Source of the DNA: Longimicrobiales bacterium
GTDB lineage: Bacteria > Gemmatimonadota > Gemmatimonadetes > Longimicrobiales > Gaopeijiaceae
Reading direction: 5' to 3'
Assembly (NCBI GenBank): GCA_041690395.1
Contig: JAWLHJ010000003.1
Location: 608,001-672,000 of the forward strand
Length of the DNA stretch: 64,000 nucleotides
The number at the start of each line of letters is the position of its first letter. Within the stretch, counting starts at the first letter, position 1. The notes beneath the pieces were generated by a model, which was given only the letters and a program-made list of their open reading frames with translations, was not told the origin of the DNA and ran no database searches. Below, in pieces: positions 30,063 through 41,462 of this stretch. The translations under genes and the position numbers were made by a program.

Positions 30063-31202
30063 CTACGGGAGTCGTTGCGCGGTAGGAACTTGCGCCTCCC
30101 TGCGCTTTTCCATGAGCGACACGAAGCGATCGAAGAGATACCGGCTGTCGTGAGGGCCCGGCGCGGCCTCCGGATGGTACTGCACCGCGAAGACCGGAAG
30201 CGTCCGGTGTTCGATACCCTCGACCGTATGGTCGTAGAGGTTCAGGTGCGTGAGGCGTAGCTCGGGCGCACCCGGAATGGTGCCGTCGTCGGCGCTCCGC
30301 ACCGCGAAGCCGTGATTCTGCGACGTGATCTCGACGGTGCCGCGCTCGAGGTTCTTCACGGGATGGTTTCCACCGTGGTGGCCGAACGGGAGCTTGTACG
30401 TCTCCGCGCCGAACGCCCTCGAGATCAGCTGGAGGCCGAGGCAGATCCCGAAGACGGGCACGCCGGCCTCCGCGAGCTGCACGATGGCGTCCCGCGCCTC
30501 GCCGACCGCGGCGGGGTCGCCGGGCCCGTTCGAGACGAAGAGGCCGTCGGGCGCTGCGGCCGCGACCTCGGCGGCCGACGTGTCCGCGGGAATGACGGTC
30601 ACGCGGCATCCGCGCTCGGCGAGCAGCTTGGGGGAGTGCGCCTTGACACCGAAGTCGTACGCCAGCACGTGGAAACGCTCTTCGCCCACCGCGGGAATCT
30701 CGTAGCTCGCTCGGGTCGAGACACCGACCGCGAGATCGAGGCCCTCCATCAGCGGATGGGCCTGGATCCGTTCCATGGCCTCGGCCTCGGGCGTGTCCGC
30801 CGAGGCGATGGCGCCGCGCATGGCCCCGTGCGAGCGGATGTGGCGGGTGAGCGCCCTCGTATCGATGTCGGTGATGCCGGCGACGCCGTGCGTTCCCAGA
30901 TAGTCGCCGAGACCGCCTTCGGCGCGCCACGACGAGTGCATGCGGGACGCCTCGCGCATGATGAAGCCGGACACCCGCGGACTCTCGGACTCCCGGTCCT
31001 CGTCGTTCACACCGTAGTTCCCGATCATGGGATACGTCATCGTCACCAGCTGGCCGGTATACGACGGATCCGTCAGGATCTCCTGGTATCCGGTCATGCA
31101 GGTATTGAACACGACCTCGCCGACGGTCAGGTCGGTGGCTCCCACGGAGAGGCCGTCGAAGCGGCGGCCGTCCTCCAGGAGCAGGTAGGCGTTGGATTCC
31201 AC
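30063..31202 (-). CDS. carA: Carbamoyl-phosphate synthase small subunit
   Basis: GEVVFNT, TDPSY, SNGPGDP, GICLG, SQNHG, QYHPE. Confidence 0.97.
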   Translation of the reverse strand: MESNAYLLLEDGRRFDGLSVGATDLTVGEVVFNTCMTGYQEILTDPSYTGQLVTMTYPMIGNYGVNDEDRESESPRVSGFIMREASRMHSSWRAEGGLGDYLGTHGVAGITDIDTRALTRHIRSHGAMRGAIASADTPEAEAMERIQAHPLMEGLDLAVGVSTRASYEIPAVGEERFHVLAYDFGVKAHSPKLLAERGCRVTVIPADTSAAEVAAAAPDGLFVSNGPGDPAAVGEARDAIVQLAEAGVPVFGICLGLQLISRAFGAETYKLPFGHHGGNHPVKNLERGTVEITSQNHGFAVRSADDGTIPGAPELRLTHLNLYDHTVEGIEHRTLPVFAVQYHPEAAPGPHDSRYLFDRFVSLMEKRREAQVPTAQRLP

Positions 31203-31373
31203 TCGGGTCCTCGCGACGACGGAAAGCGACAGAGTCGCCGGAAACCTACCCAGGAGGGATGACCGGTCAAGCGTGGCGCTCCCCTACGCGCCGGCCCACC
31301 GGGTTGATTAGGTTGCCGGCCTCCGGGCGGCGCGCCGCCCTTCCCTACCCGAACCCCGCTCGCGGACCCGGTC

Positions 31374-31949
31374 TTGGACACGCTGTACGTACACGCCGAC
31401 GAATCCTGCCTCGGAAACCAGTTTCGTGAGCGCGCCAATCCCGGCGGCGCCGGCGGGCTCGTGGAGATCTGGCGGAACGGCGCCTGGGAGCGACGCGACT
31501 ACTGGATCTCGGAGCCGGACACGACCAACAACCGCATGGCGATCCGGAGCGCCATCGAGCTCCTCGGGGCCCTTCGGCGCCCCTGCCGTGTGATCTTCGT
31601 CTCGGACAGCCAGTACCTGGTGAAAGGCATCCGTGAGTGGCTTCCGGGATGGAAGCGGCGCGGCTGGAAGCGGAAGGGCGGACCCATCGAGAACCTGGAG
31701 CTCTGGCAGCGGCTCGACGGGCTCCTCCAGCGTCACGACGTGCAGCCACGTTGGGTCAAGGGCCACGCCGGGCATCCGGAAAACGAGTACGTCGACCACC
31801 TCGCCACGACGGCGGCGAAGGAGCTCACTCAGAGTGGTGGGCTGCTCCCGTCGGGGTTCGGCGAGTGGTTGGAGGACGAGCGCGAGCGCGGGAGGTACCT
31901 GGACTACATGGAGTTCACCCCGCCCGAGGAACGGTACGGAAGCTCCTGA
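31374..31949 (+). CDS. rnhA: Ribonuclease HI
   Basis: DESCLGN...PGG, TTNNRM, DSQY, WVKGHAGHPENE. Confidence 0.93.
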   Translation: MDTLYVHADESCLGNQFRERANPGGAGGLVEIWRNGAWERRDYWISEPDTTNNRMAIRSAIELLGALRRPCRVIFVSDSQYLVKGIREWLPGWKRRGWKRKGGPIENLELWQRLDGLLQRHDVQPRWVKGHAGHPENEYVDHLATTAAKELTQSGGLLPSGFGEWLEDERERGRYLDYMEFTPPEERYGSS

Positions 31950-31967
31950 GGGGGTTCGTGCCCCGGG

Positions 31968-32633
31968 TCAGGGTTTTTCGTCGAGGACGGCTCCGAATCG
32001 ACCGCAGAACGCCTCGACGAGTGCCTCGCGCACTTCACCCATGGGGACCTCGCGACCCAGCTCACGCTCCAGCGAGGTGACCTCCCGGTCCACGATCCCG
32101 CAGGGCACGATGGTGCCGAAGTACGAGAGGTCGGTGCGGACGTTGAGCGCCAGACCGTGCGAGGTGATCCACCCCGACGAGACCCGCACGCCGATCGCCG
32201 CGATCTTGCCGCCCGGCGTCCACACCCCCGTCTGACCCTCGCTGCGCTCGGCCGCGACGCCGTACGACGTGACGACGTCGATCACCACGCCCTCCAGGTC
32301 GCGGAGATAGGCGTGCAGGTCCTTCCGATCGGGCTTCAGGTCCAGGATCGGATACGCGACCAGCTGCCCGGGCCCGTGGTAGGTGACGTCCCCACCCCGC
32401 CCCGTGTCGAACAGCTCGATCCCTTTTCGGGCCCGCTCGTCCGCGTCCACGAGCACGTGCTCGGGATGCGAGCTCGAGCCGAGCGTGATGACATGCGGGT
32501 GCTCGACGAGAAAGAGGGTGTCGGGAATCTCTCCCGCGCGCCGCGCCTTCACCGCGTCTTCCTGGACGCCGAGGGCGTCGGCGTAGGGCATCAGGCCGAG
32601 CTCCCGGACGACGAGCCGACGGGGGACGGTCAT
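31968..32633 (-). CDS. lipB: Lipoyl(octanoyl) transferase
   Basis: EHPHVITLG, RGGDVTYHGPGQ, KIAAIG, HGLALN, IVPCG. Confidence 0.96.
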   Translation of the reverse strand: MTVPRRLVVRELGLMPYADALGVQEDAVKARRAGEIPDTLFLVEHPHVITLGSSSHPEHVLVDADERARKGIELFDTGRGGDVTYHGPGQLVAYPILDLKPDRKDLHAYLRDLEGVVIDVVTSYGVAAERSEGQTGVWTPGGKIAAIGVRVSSGWITSHGLALNVRTDLSYFGTIVPCGIVDREVTSLERELGREVPMGEVREALVEAFCGRFGAVLDEKP

Positions 32634-32688
32634 GGGCTGGCAGCCTCCCCGGGGCCTGCCGCGCGCACGCCGGCCCCGACGAACGCCG

Positions 32689-32720
32689 AAGCCCCCGGAG
32701 CCGACTGGCTCCGGGGGCTC
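32689..32720 (-). terminator. Hairpin terminator after the E2 gene
   Basis: AGCCCCCGGAGCC / GGCTCCGGGGGCT inverted repeat. Confidence 0.65.
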
Positions 32721-32745
32721 GAATCCTGCGGGTCCACCGGTCCGG

Positions 32746-34116
32746 TCACGCGTCCTCGGGGAAGTCCTCGAGGGTCTCCTTCAAGCGCGAAAGGAAGCGG
32801 GCCGCGTCCGCACCGTCCACGACGCGGTGGTCGTAGCCGAGCGTGAAGATCGCGCGCTTCCGAATGGCCATGGCGTCGGTCCCGTTCTCCGGGTCCTCCA
32901 CGACGACCACGCGCTTCTCGATCGCCCCCGTTCCGAGAATCGCCGACGTCCCCTTCGGGATGACCGGCAGGCCGGCCAGCGTCCCGAGCACGCCCGGGTT
33001 GGTCACCGAGAAGCTGCCACCCTGGATCTCGTCCGGGCTGAGTTGTTTGCTCCGCGCCCGCTCGGCCAGGTCGACGATCTTGTTCCCGATGCCGACGAGG
33101 CTCAGGTGGTCGGCGTCGCGCACCACCGGAACGATGAGCCCCGGGTTCAGGTCGACGGCCATACCGAGGTTCACGTTGCCCCGGTAGATGATGTTGTTCC
33201 CCGAGATAGTCGCGTTGACCATCGGGAACTCGCGCAGCACGCGGGACACCGCCCACGCGACGAAGGCCGTGTAGCTGACCTTCGCGCCCTGCTGCTTCCA
33301 CTTCGGCTTGTTCGCGGCGCGCACCTTGTCGATCGACGAGAAGTCGATCTCGATGAACGAGTGGACGTGCGGCGCCACGCGCTTGGCCAGCACCATGTGC
33401 TCGGCCGTGAGGCGGCGCATCTTGTCCATCGGCTGGACGTCGTCCGCGTCCCGCACCGGATACTCCGGATGCTGGACCTCCTTGTAGAACTTCGTCCAGA
33501 GGTCGGACGGTGCGGCGGACGGTGCGGGGGCCTGCGCCGGCTTCGACGGGGCGGCCGGAGCCTGCGCCGCCGGCTTGGCCGGAGCCTCCGCCTTCCCGGG
33601 CGACTCGATGAAGTCGAGGATGTCCTGCTTGGTCACCCGACCCGCGTGCCCGGTGCCCGTCACCGACGCGATGTCGACGCCGTGCTCCTCGGCGATCTTG
33701 CGGACCACGGGGGTCGACCGCGTGCGGAGGCGCTCCTCGGCGCTCCCGGCCGGGGCATCCGAGGCCTCGGCTTCGGCTGCCGCCGGGGCCTCCTGCTCCG
33801 GCTCCTTCGGGGCCGCGGGCTCCGCCGCTGGCTCGGCCTTCGCCTCGCCTCCACCGGAGTCGGCCGCGGCTCCCCCCTCGGTATCGATGTAGGCCACGAT
33901 GGTGCCTACTTCCACGGTCTCGCCTTCCGCGACCGCGACTTCCACGAGGGTCCCCGACTGGGGGGACGGGATCTCCGCGTCCACCTTGTCGGTCGAGATC
34001 TCGAGGATCGGCTCGTCGCGCTCCACAGTATCACCCACCTGCTTGAGCCACTTCGAGACCGTTCCCTCCGCGATCGACTCCCCCATCTGGGGCATCGGCA
34101 CTTCGATTCGAGCCAC
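32746..34116 (-). CDS. 2-oxoacid dehydrogenase E2 dihydrolipoamide acyltransferase
   Basis: Lipoyl domain STDKV, E3-binding GTGHAGRVTKQD, catalytic DHRVVDG. Confidence 0.95.
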   Translation of the reverse strand: MARIEVPMPQMGESIAEGTVSKWLKQVGDTVERDEPILEISTDKVDAEIPSPQSGTLVEVAVAEGETVEVGTIVAYIDTEGGAAADSGGGEAKAEPAAEPAAPKEPEQEAPAAAEAEASDAPAGSAEERLRTRSTPVVRKIAEEHGVDIASVTGTGHAGRVTKQDILDFIESPGKAEAPAKPAAQAPAAPSKPAQAPAPSAAPSDLWTKFYKEVQHPEYPVRDADDVQPMDKMRRLTAEHMVLAKRVAPHVHSFIEIDFSSIDKVRAANKPKWKQQGAKVSYTAFVAWAVSRVLREFPMVNATISGNNIIYRGNVNLGMAVDLNPGLIVPVVRDADHLSLVGIGNKIVDLAERARSKQLSPDEIQGGSFSVTNPGVLGTLAGLPVIPKGTSAILGTGAIEKRVVVVEDPENGTDAMAIRKRAIFTLGYDHRVVDGADAARFLSRLKETLEDFPEDA

Positions 34117-34199
34117 GCTCGATAACTCCGGTTTACCGGTTGTCAGGTCCAGCGACGCGTCGGTTACCCACCACGCCGCGCTTCGATCCTACCGTGCTC

Positions 34200-35228
34200 T
34201 CAGTACCCCGCCAGATATCTGGCGGCTTCGACGATGTCGTCCGTCTGCGGAAGAAAGTAATCTTCCAGCGACCCGGAGTAAGGGACCGGGGCATCGATGG
34301 CCGTCACCCTGAGCATCGGCGCGTCGAGCCATTCGAACGCCGACTCGCTGACCCTCATGGCGATCTCACCCGCGATTCCTCCCGTCCGCGTGTCCTCGTG
34401 CACGATGAGGAGACGTCCGGTCTTCTTCACGCTCTCGACGATCGCGCCGTCGTCCATCGGGAGCAGGGTGCGCAGGTCGATGATCTCGACGGACACCCCG
34501 TCCTCCTTCTCCATGCGCTCGGCCGCCTCGACGCTTTTGTGCACCATCGCGCCGTAGGTCACGATCGTGAGCGCATCGCCCTCACGAACCGTGCGCGCCA
34601 CCCCGAGCGGCACCACGTAGTCCTCGTCCGGAAGGACCTCGCGGAGCGCGGGCGCCCGGTACAGCCCCTTGTGCTCCTCGAACAGCACCGGATTGTCGTC
34701 GCGGATGGCCGCCTTCAGCAACCCCTTCGCGTCGTACGCCGTGCTCGGGTAGACGATCTTCAGGCCCGGTGTGTGGAAGAACGCCATCTCCACGTTCTGC
34801 GAATGGAACGGGCCGCCACGATTCCCGCCGCCCACGGGGCCTCGGATCACGAGCGGCATCGGTCCCGCGCCTCTGTAGAGCGAGGTCGCGATGTAGTTGG
34901 TGATGACGTCGTAGGCCGGCGAGATGAAGTCCATGAACTGGATCTCGACCACCGGGCGGAGGCCGGCGTGGGCCGCTCCCGCGGCCGCACCCGTGAAGCC
35001 GCCCTCGGCGATGGGCGTGTCGATGACTCGCGCGGCCCCGAAGTGCTCCAGGAAGCCGCGGGTCACCTTGAACGCCCCGCCGTAGACGCCGATGTCTTCA
35101 CCCAACAGGAAGACGCTGTCGTCGCGCGTCATCTCCTCGAAGAGCGCCTCGCTGACGGCCTCGAGGAGCGTCACCGGCTCTCCGTTGCGGGTCTTCATGA
35201 GGTGCTCGGGTACCGCTTGCTCGGTCAT
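34200..35228 (-). CDS. 2-oxoacid dehydrogenase E1 beta subunit
   Basis: GEDIG, DTPIAE, EIQFMDF, HSQ, EHK, DLRTL. Confidence 0.95.
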   Translation of the reverse strand: MTEQAVPEHLMKTRNGEPVTLLEAVSEALFEEMTRDDSVFLLGEDIGVYGGAFKVTRGFLEHFGAARVIDTPIAEGGFTGAAAGAAHAGLRPVVEIQFMDFISPAYDVITNYIATSLYRGAGPMPLVIRGPVGGGNRGGPFHSQNVEMAFFHTPGLKIVYPSTAYDAKGLLKAAIRDDNPVLFEEHKGLYRAPALREVLPDEDYVVPLGVARTVREGDALTIVTYGAMVHKSVEAAERMEKEDGVSVEIIDLRTLLPMDDGAIVESVKKTGRLLIVHEDTRTGGIAGEIAMRVSESAFEWLDAPMLRVTAIDAPVPYSGSLEDYFLPQTDDIVEAARYLAGY

Positions 35229-35238
35229 AACCACCCTT

Positions 35239-36309
35239 TCAGACGGCCTTCTTGGGACGGGGTCCGGCCCAGATCCGGCGCGTGACGCGCTCGGACCCCG
35301 CGTAGACCCCTTCGAGTGTTTCGGGCGCGGCCGGCGGCCCGGCGGAGCGCGCACGCTCGAGCCCCTCCGCGCACTGGCTGACGACGTCCGCCTCCAGAGC
35401 CTCGAGCTCCGATCCGGTGGCCGCTTCGGCGTCGAGGATCCGGGCACGGAGTCGCTCGACGGGATCGCCGTCTCCGTAGCGGATCTCGACCATCTGGACT
35501 CCCTCGCCGATTCGCGCGCGCTCGGCCGCCCGCCGAACGGCCGTGACGACGGACAGCACGTCGCCGCCGTCGGCGTGCTCCATACCCAACCCGTAGCCCG
35601 GTGCCTTCTCGGAGAAGGACGCCAAGCGGGTGTGCGTGCGGACACGCTCCACATTGGCGGGGGCTTCCACGACGAGGACCAACGGGCTGCGGCGCGCCGC
35701 GGCGAAGACGATCCCCTCGTGCCAGGCGCCGGTCGACGTCGCACCGGCGCTGTCGCAGACGACCCCGACCCGTTCCTCGCCACGCATTCGGGCACCCAGG
35801 GCCCATCCGCCGACGACTTCGACGAGCAGACCCATCGGCACGACGGGCGCCAGCAGACCGCTCTGCCAGTCGATGCGGTGGAGCTCCGAGCCGGACTCGC
35901 GCGCGGGGCCGACCCGGTGGGCGAGATGATCGCGGAAGAAGTCCTCGATGCCGACACCGAACAGCTGGAGGGCTCCGGCGGCCCGGAAGGTCGGCGCGAA
36001 GACGTCGCCGGTTCCGTCGGTGGCGCGCCGGATCGCGAAGGCCGAGCCGACCGGCCCGGCCTCACGGTGCGGAGCGCGGCGGGGAGCCATCCGCACCAGG
36101 CCCTCGTCCGCCATGACGGCCAGGCGCGACTCGGCGGCCCGGGTCAGGCGGAGGAGACGGTAGAGCTCGATCGCCTCGTCAGCGTCGAGATCCGGCGCCG
36201 TGCGAGGCGCAGCCGGCTGCTCGGGAGAACGACCGGACCCGGCGAAGGGGAGCGCGGACCTGGGAAGCCCGGCCGCGTGTCGCGGTGCGTCCCCTGCTTC
36301 CGGGGGCAA
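35239..36309 (-). CDS. Divergent E1 alpha subunit homologue
   Basis: Overall E1a-like (GATSTGAWHEG, DGGDV, DPVERL), but GDG, NN and RxxGH motifs are absent. Confidence 0.8.
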   Translation of the reverse strand: MPPEAGDAPRHAAGLPRSALPFAGSGRSPEQPAAPRTAPDLDADEAIELYRLLRLTRAAESRLAVMADEGLVRMAPRRAPHREAGPVGSAFAIRRATDGTGDVFAPTFRAAGALQLFGVGIEDFFRDHLAHRVGPARESGSELHRIDWQSGLLAPVVPMGLLVEVVGGWALGARMRGEERVGVVCDSAGATSTGAWHEGIVFAAARRSPLVLVVEAPANVERVRTHTRLASFSEKAPGYGLGMEHADGGDVLSVVTAVRRAAERARIGEGVQMVEIRYGDGDPVERLRARILDAEAATGSELEALEADVVSQCAEGLERARSAGPPAAPETLEGVYAGSERVTRRIWAGPRPKKAV

Positions 36310-36312
36310 GCC

Positions 36313-36705
36313 TCAGGGCTCCGGCTGGTTCGGCGAACCGCCCCCATCGGGCGAGCCAGGGCCTTCCGGAACCACAGGCGCGTCGGTCCCCGTCCCTGGC
36401 AGCACCGGCTCGGGCTGACCCTGCGGCTGCACGGGCTGGTCGATCTCGATGACCGAAGTCGGATTGTCGGCACGCGAGGACATGATCGACAGGACGAGCG
36501 ACAGCACCATGAAGATGGTGCCGGCGGTCCAGGTCGCCCGGGTGAGCACCGTGGTGGCCTGGCGGCCGCCCAGGATGCCATCGGTCATGGCACCGGCTCC
36601 GCCGCCAACGGCAGCGAGTCCTCCACCTTTTCCTGCCTGGAGGAGGATCACGACCGACAGGAAGATCCCGTCGAGCACCAGAACGGCGAGCAAGAATCCG
36701 TACAT
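36313..36705 (-). CDS. secG: Preprotein translocase subunit SecG
   Basis: Two TM helices, ILLQAGKGGGL; follows tpiA. Confidence 0.93.
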   Translation of the reverse strand: MYGFLLAVLVLDGIFLSVVILLQAGKGGGLAAVGGGAGAMTDGILGGRQATTVLTRATWTAGTIFMVLSLVLSIMSSRADNPTSVIEIDQPVQPQGQPEPVLPGTGTDAPVVPEGPGSPDGGGSPNQPEP

Positions 36706-36772
36706 CGTCTCAAATTCCTATGAACAGCCTGCGGGGGCGAGACCGTAAACGTCGATCAGGCTGCAAACGCTG

Positions 36773-37513
36773 TCAACGGGATGCGGCCGCGATCGCGGCG
36801 AAGGAATCGGCATCGAGGCTCGCCCCTCCCACGAGGACGCCGTCCACGTCGGACGCGCCGAGGAGCTCCGCGGCGTTGTCCGGCTTCACCGAACCGCCGT
36901 AAAGGATCGGGACGTTCGGGGCGCCGACGACGCCGACTCCGTCCTCCAGGCACGACCGGAGCGTGGCGTGTGCGGCCGACGCGTCCTCCGGCGTGGCGGT
37001 CTCCCCGGTGCCGATCGCCCAGACCGGCTCATAGGCGACGAGGAAGCGGGCCGATTCGTGGGCCACCGTCGGGAGCACGGCGCCGAGCTGGCGGACGATC
37101 ACCTCGTCCACGCGTCCCGCCCGCCGCTCCTCGAGCGTCTCCCCGACGCACACGACGGGCACGAGGCCATGCCTCAGCGCGGCCTCGACCTTACGGCGGA
37201 CGTCCTCGTCCGACTCCCCGAACACGTGGCGGCGCTCGGAATGGCCGACGAGTGCGAACGTGGCCCCCGCGTCGCGGGCCATCACCGCCGACGTCTCGCC
37301 GGTGAACGCCCCTGCGTCCTCCCAATGGATGTTCTGCACCCCGATCGACACGCGAGGGGGACGAGCCGCCATGGCGGCGGCGAGCGACACCGAAGGGGGG
37401 AAGATCAGGATCTCGTGGTCCCGGGAGACTTCGTCCAGCACGAGCGCGTCGAAGAAGTCGCGCGTCGCCGTCGGACCGTGGTGCATCTTCCAGTTTCCGG
37501 CGATGACCGCCAT
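36773..37513 (-). CDS. tpiA: Triosephosphate isomerase
   Basis: AGNWKM, GHSERR, AYEPVWAIGTG, YGGSVKP. Confidence 0.98.
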   Translation of the reverse strand: MAVIAGNWKMHHGPTATRDFFDALVLDEVSRDHEILIFPPSVSLAAAMAARPPRVSIGVQNIHWEDAGAFTGETSAVMARDAGATFALVGHSERRHVFGESDEDVRRKVEAALRHGLVPVVCVGETLEERRAGRVDEVIVRQLGAVLPTVAHESARFLVAYEPVWAIGTGETATPEDASAAHATLRSCLEDGVGVVGAPNVPILYGGSVKPDNAAELLGASDVDGVLVGGASLDADSFAAIAAASR

Positions 37514-37546
37514 TTGGACTCCTCGTTCGTTGGGTGGCGACTCGCG

Positions 37547-38749
37547 TCAGGCGTCGGACAGGGAGACCACGCCCGGCAGCGCGACCCCGGCCAACAGATC
37601 GAGCGAGGCTCCGCCGCCCGTCGACACGTGCGAGATGCGGTCGGTCACCCCGGCCCGCTCTGCGGCGGCCCCGGAGTCTCCCCCGCCGATGATGCCCAGC
37701 GTACCTTTGTCGCAGGCGTCGGCCAGCGCGCGGGCCACGTCGATGGTGCCCTCGGCGAACACGTCCATCTCGAAGACGCCCATCGGCCCGTTCCAGACGA
37801 CCGTGCGGGCGCTCCCGATGATCTCGGCGTAGAGGGCGCGGGTCCGCGGACCGATGTCGGCGATCCGGTCCGTCGGGCCGACCGCTTCCCTGTCGACGAC
37901 CCGGGTCGCGGCGCCGGGCTCGATCTCGTCGGCGACCACGCAGTCGAGCGGCAGCACGAGCCGTTCCCCGTTACCGTCCATGATCTTTCGAGCCATCTCG
38001 AGGCGGTCCTCTTCCACGAGCGAGCCGCCGGTCTCGAGCCCCATGGCGCGGAAGAACGTGTTCGCCATGGCGCCCCCGATCAGGAGCCGGTCGACCTTCG
38101 GGAGCAACGCCGAGATCACGTCGATCTTCCCGGAGATCTTCGCACCCCCGAGGATGGCCACGAACGGCCGCTCGGGGTCGTCGATGGCGTCGTGCAGGTA
38201 CTTGAGCTCCCGCTCGAGCAGCAGGCCCGCGACGGCGACGCCTCCCCCGGTGACCACGGCGTCCGCGAGGCCCGACGTGGACGCGTGGGCCCGATGCGCG
38301 GTCCCGAAGGCGTCGTTCACGAAGACCGAGCCCAGGGCCGCCCACGAGCGCGCGAGCTCTGGGTCGTTGGTGGTCTCCCCCGGCAGGAAGCGGGTGTTCT
38401 CGAGGAGCACGACGTCGCCCGGCTCCATGGCGGCCACGGCCTCGTCGACCGCGGGTCCCGTCCCTTCCGGGACGAACCGCACCGGGCTCCCGAGCAGCTC
38501 CTGGAGCCGCTCGGCGACCGGCTTCAGGGAGAACTCGGGTTTTGGGGCCCCCTTGGGACGACCGAGGTGCGAGAGCACCACCGGGCGCGCGCCCGCGTCG
38601 AGCAGGACGCGGAGGGTCGGAACCGAGGCTCGGATGCGCTGGTCGTCCGAGACGCTCCCGTCTTCGAGGGGGACGTTGAGGTCGGTGCGAACGAGCACGA
38701 CCTCACCGCTCAGGCGAGCGGCGTCCATGCCGGAAAGTCGTCGTTTCAT
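37547..38749 (-). CDS. pgk: Phosphoglycerate kinase
   Basis: DLNVP, SHLGRPKG, DAFGTAHRAH, STGGGASL. Confidence 0.98.
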   Translation of the reverse strand: MKRRLSGMDAARLSGEVVLVRTDLNVPLEDGSVSDDQRIRASVPTLRVLLDAGARPVVLSHLGRPKGAPKPEFSLKPVAERLQELLGSPVRFVPEGTGPAVDEAVAAMEPGDVVLLENTRFLPGETTNDPELARSWAALGSVFVNDAFGTAHRAHASTSGLADAVVTGGGVAVAGLLLERELKYLHDAIDDPERPFVAILGGAKISGKIDVISALLPKVDRLLIGGAMANTFFRAMGLETGGSLVEEDRLEMARKIMDGNGERLVLPLDCVVADEIEPGAATRVVDREAVGPTDRIADIGPRTRALYAEIIGSARTVVWNGPMGVFEMDVFAEGTIDVARALADACDKGTLGIIGGGDSGAAAERAGVTDRISHVSTGGGASLDLLAGVALPGVVSLSDA

Positions 38750-38785
38750 GTGTCCCGTGGGTACCGAGCGAATCAGCCGGGCGCG

Positions 38786-39799
<1,014 letters not shown>

Positions 39800-39861
39800 G
39801 ATGTCCGGTCCTCTTGGGGTCTGGTTTCAGGGTGAGGAGCTTCGCACGAAAAACATAACGT

Positions 39862-40623
39862 CTAGGCCGCGCCCTGCGTCACGGCTCGGGCGAAGGTGGC
39901 CACGACCACGGGTCCCGCGCCAGCCTCGACCAGGCGCTCGGCCGCGGCGGAGACGGTCGCTCCGGTGGTGAGCACGTCGTCGACGAGGAGCACGGCCCGG
40001 CCGCCCAGCCGCCGGGCCTCGGGACCCGCGTCGAACACGCCGTCGACGTTCCGAAGCCGCTCCGCCGGCGTCAGGGTCGTCTGTGACCGCGTGGCTCGGG
40101 TCCGCCGGAGCGCCGCCACGTAGGGCAGATCGAGGCGCTCCGCGACGCGACGCGCCAGGAGCTCGGCCTGGTTGTAACCCCGGGCCTTCATCCGCCCCGG
40201 CGTGGTCGGAACCGCGGTGACGACCGCGCCCCCGTGCCCTCCATCCGGCCAGGGAAGGTCCAGCGCGGCCACCGCGTCGCCCATGAACGGCGCCAGCTCG
40301 CGCCACCCCTCGTACTTGAGCCCGTGCACCAGGTCATCGACCGGCGGGCGCAGCTCGTAGGCGAAGCGCGCACCGACGAGCGGCTCGGGCCAGGCGGCGC
40401 ACTCACGGCACTCCACCTCTTCGGAGCGGCCCGTGCCGCGCGGCCAGTGGCACCGAGGACATCGGGGCCACGACCCCGGCCTCATCCGGGCGCGGCACGA
40501 GACGCACACGAGCTCCGGAACCGGTGACCGTCGCTCCGGAAGCCACGAGCCGCACGAAACGCACCCGGACGGCAGCAGCAGACCGAGCAGGTCGGACGCC
40601 CAGGTCGCCGGGGCCACACTCAT
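39862..40623 (-). CDS. comF: ComF family protein
   Basis: N-terminal CxxC pairs, RGYNQA, LVDDVLTTGAT. Confidence 0.9.
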   Translation of the reverse strand: MSVAPATWASDLLGLLLPSGCVSCGSWLPERRSPVPELVCVSCRARMRPGSWPRCPRCHWPRGTGRSEEVECRECAAWPEPLVGARFAYELRPPVDDLVHGLKYEGWRELAPFMGDAVAALDLPWPDGGHGGAVVTAVPTTPGRMKARGYNQAELLARRVAERLDLPYVAALRRTRATRSQTTLTPAERLRNVDGVFDAGPEARRLGGRAVLLVDDVLTTGATVSAAAERLVEAGAGPVVVATFARAVTQGAA

Positions 40624-41462
40624 CGCGTGGCCCGGGACTCCAGCGCCGTGCGCATGACGTCCATGCCCGCCTCACGCCCCCACCACCTCTCGAAGGCGAC
40701 GGCCCCCTGCTGGACGAGCATCTCCCGTCCGTCGACCGCCCGGATCCCCTTAGCCTCGGCGTGGCGCACGAACACGGTCGGCTCCGCCGAGTAGACGAGG
40801 TCCATGGCCGCTTCCACGGCGCCCAATAGCCCGAAGTCGATCGGAGCCGGATCGTCGGGCTCCAGACCGAGTCGGGTCGCGTTCACGACCAGCCCGAAGT
40901 CGACGCCCTTCACGTCGTCGCTCTCGGCGGCGACCCGCGCCCGCTCGCCACCGATCCGCCGGGCCACGGCCCGCGCCCGCTCGGGTGTCCGGTTGAGGAG
41001 CACCACCTGCTCGGCGCCTTCCTCGATCAGGCCCAGGAGCACCGCCCGCGCGGCTCCGCCAGCGCCGAGGAGGAGCACGCGGCGCCCCGTGACCGACTCC
41101 GGCAGGAAGTCGCGGAGGGCCCTCTTGAAGCCCTCGACGTCGGTGTTGTCACCGTGCACGAGGCCCTCTTCGTCGCCCCAGAACGTGTTGCAAGCCCCCG
41201 TGCGCCGCACGGCGTCGCTGGGCCGGTCGAGCAGTCCCGCCGCCCGCTCCTTGTGCGGGAGCGTCACGTTGCCCCCGCCGCCCGCGTGCGCGATCCCTTT
41301 CAGAAGCCCCGGGAGATCCTCCGCGTCGCAGCCGAGGGCGACATAGACGCCGTCCACGCCGGCGTCCCGTATGGCGGCATTCTGCATGGCCGGCGAGGCC
41401 GAATGGTCGACCGGATCGCCGAGCAGGACGAGCAGCCGGCGCCCCACCGGTTGCGCCGTCAT
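40620..41462 (-). CDS. aroE: Shikimate dehydrogenase
   Basis: HSASPAM, NVTLPHK, NTD, GAGGAARA. Confidence 0.93.
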   Translation of the reverse strand: MTAQPVGRRLLVLLGDPVDHSASPAMQNAAIRDAGVDGVYVALGCDAEDLPGLLKGIAHAGGGGNVTLPHKERAAGLLDRPSDAVRRTGACNTFWGDEEGLVHGDNTDVEGFKRALRDFLPESVTGRRVLLLGAGGAARAVLLGLIEEGAEQVVLLNRTPERARAVARRIGGERARVAAESDDVKGVDFGLVVNATRLGLEPDDPAPIDFGLLGAVEAAMDLVYSAEPTVFVRHAEAKGIRAVDGREMLVQQGAVAFERWWGREAGMDVMRTALESRATR

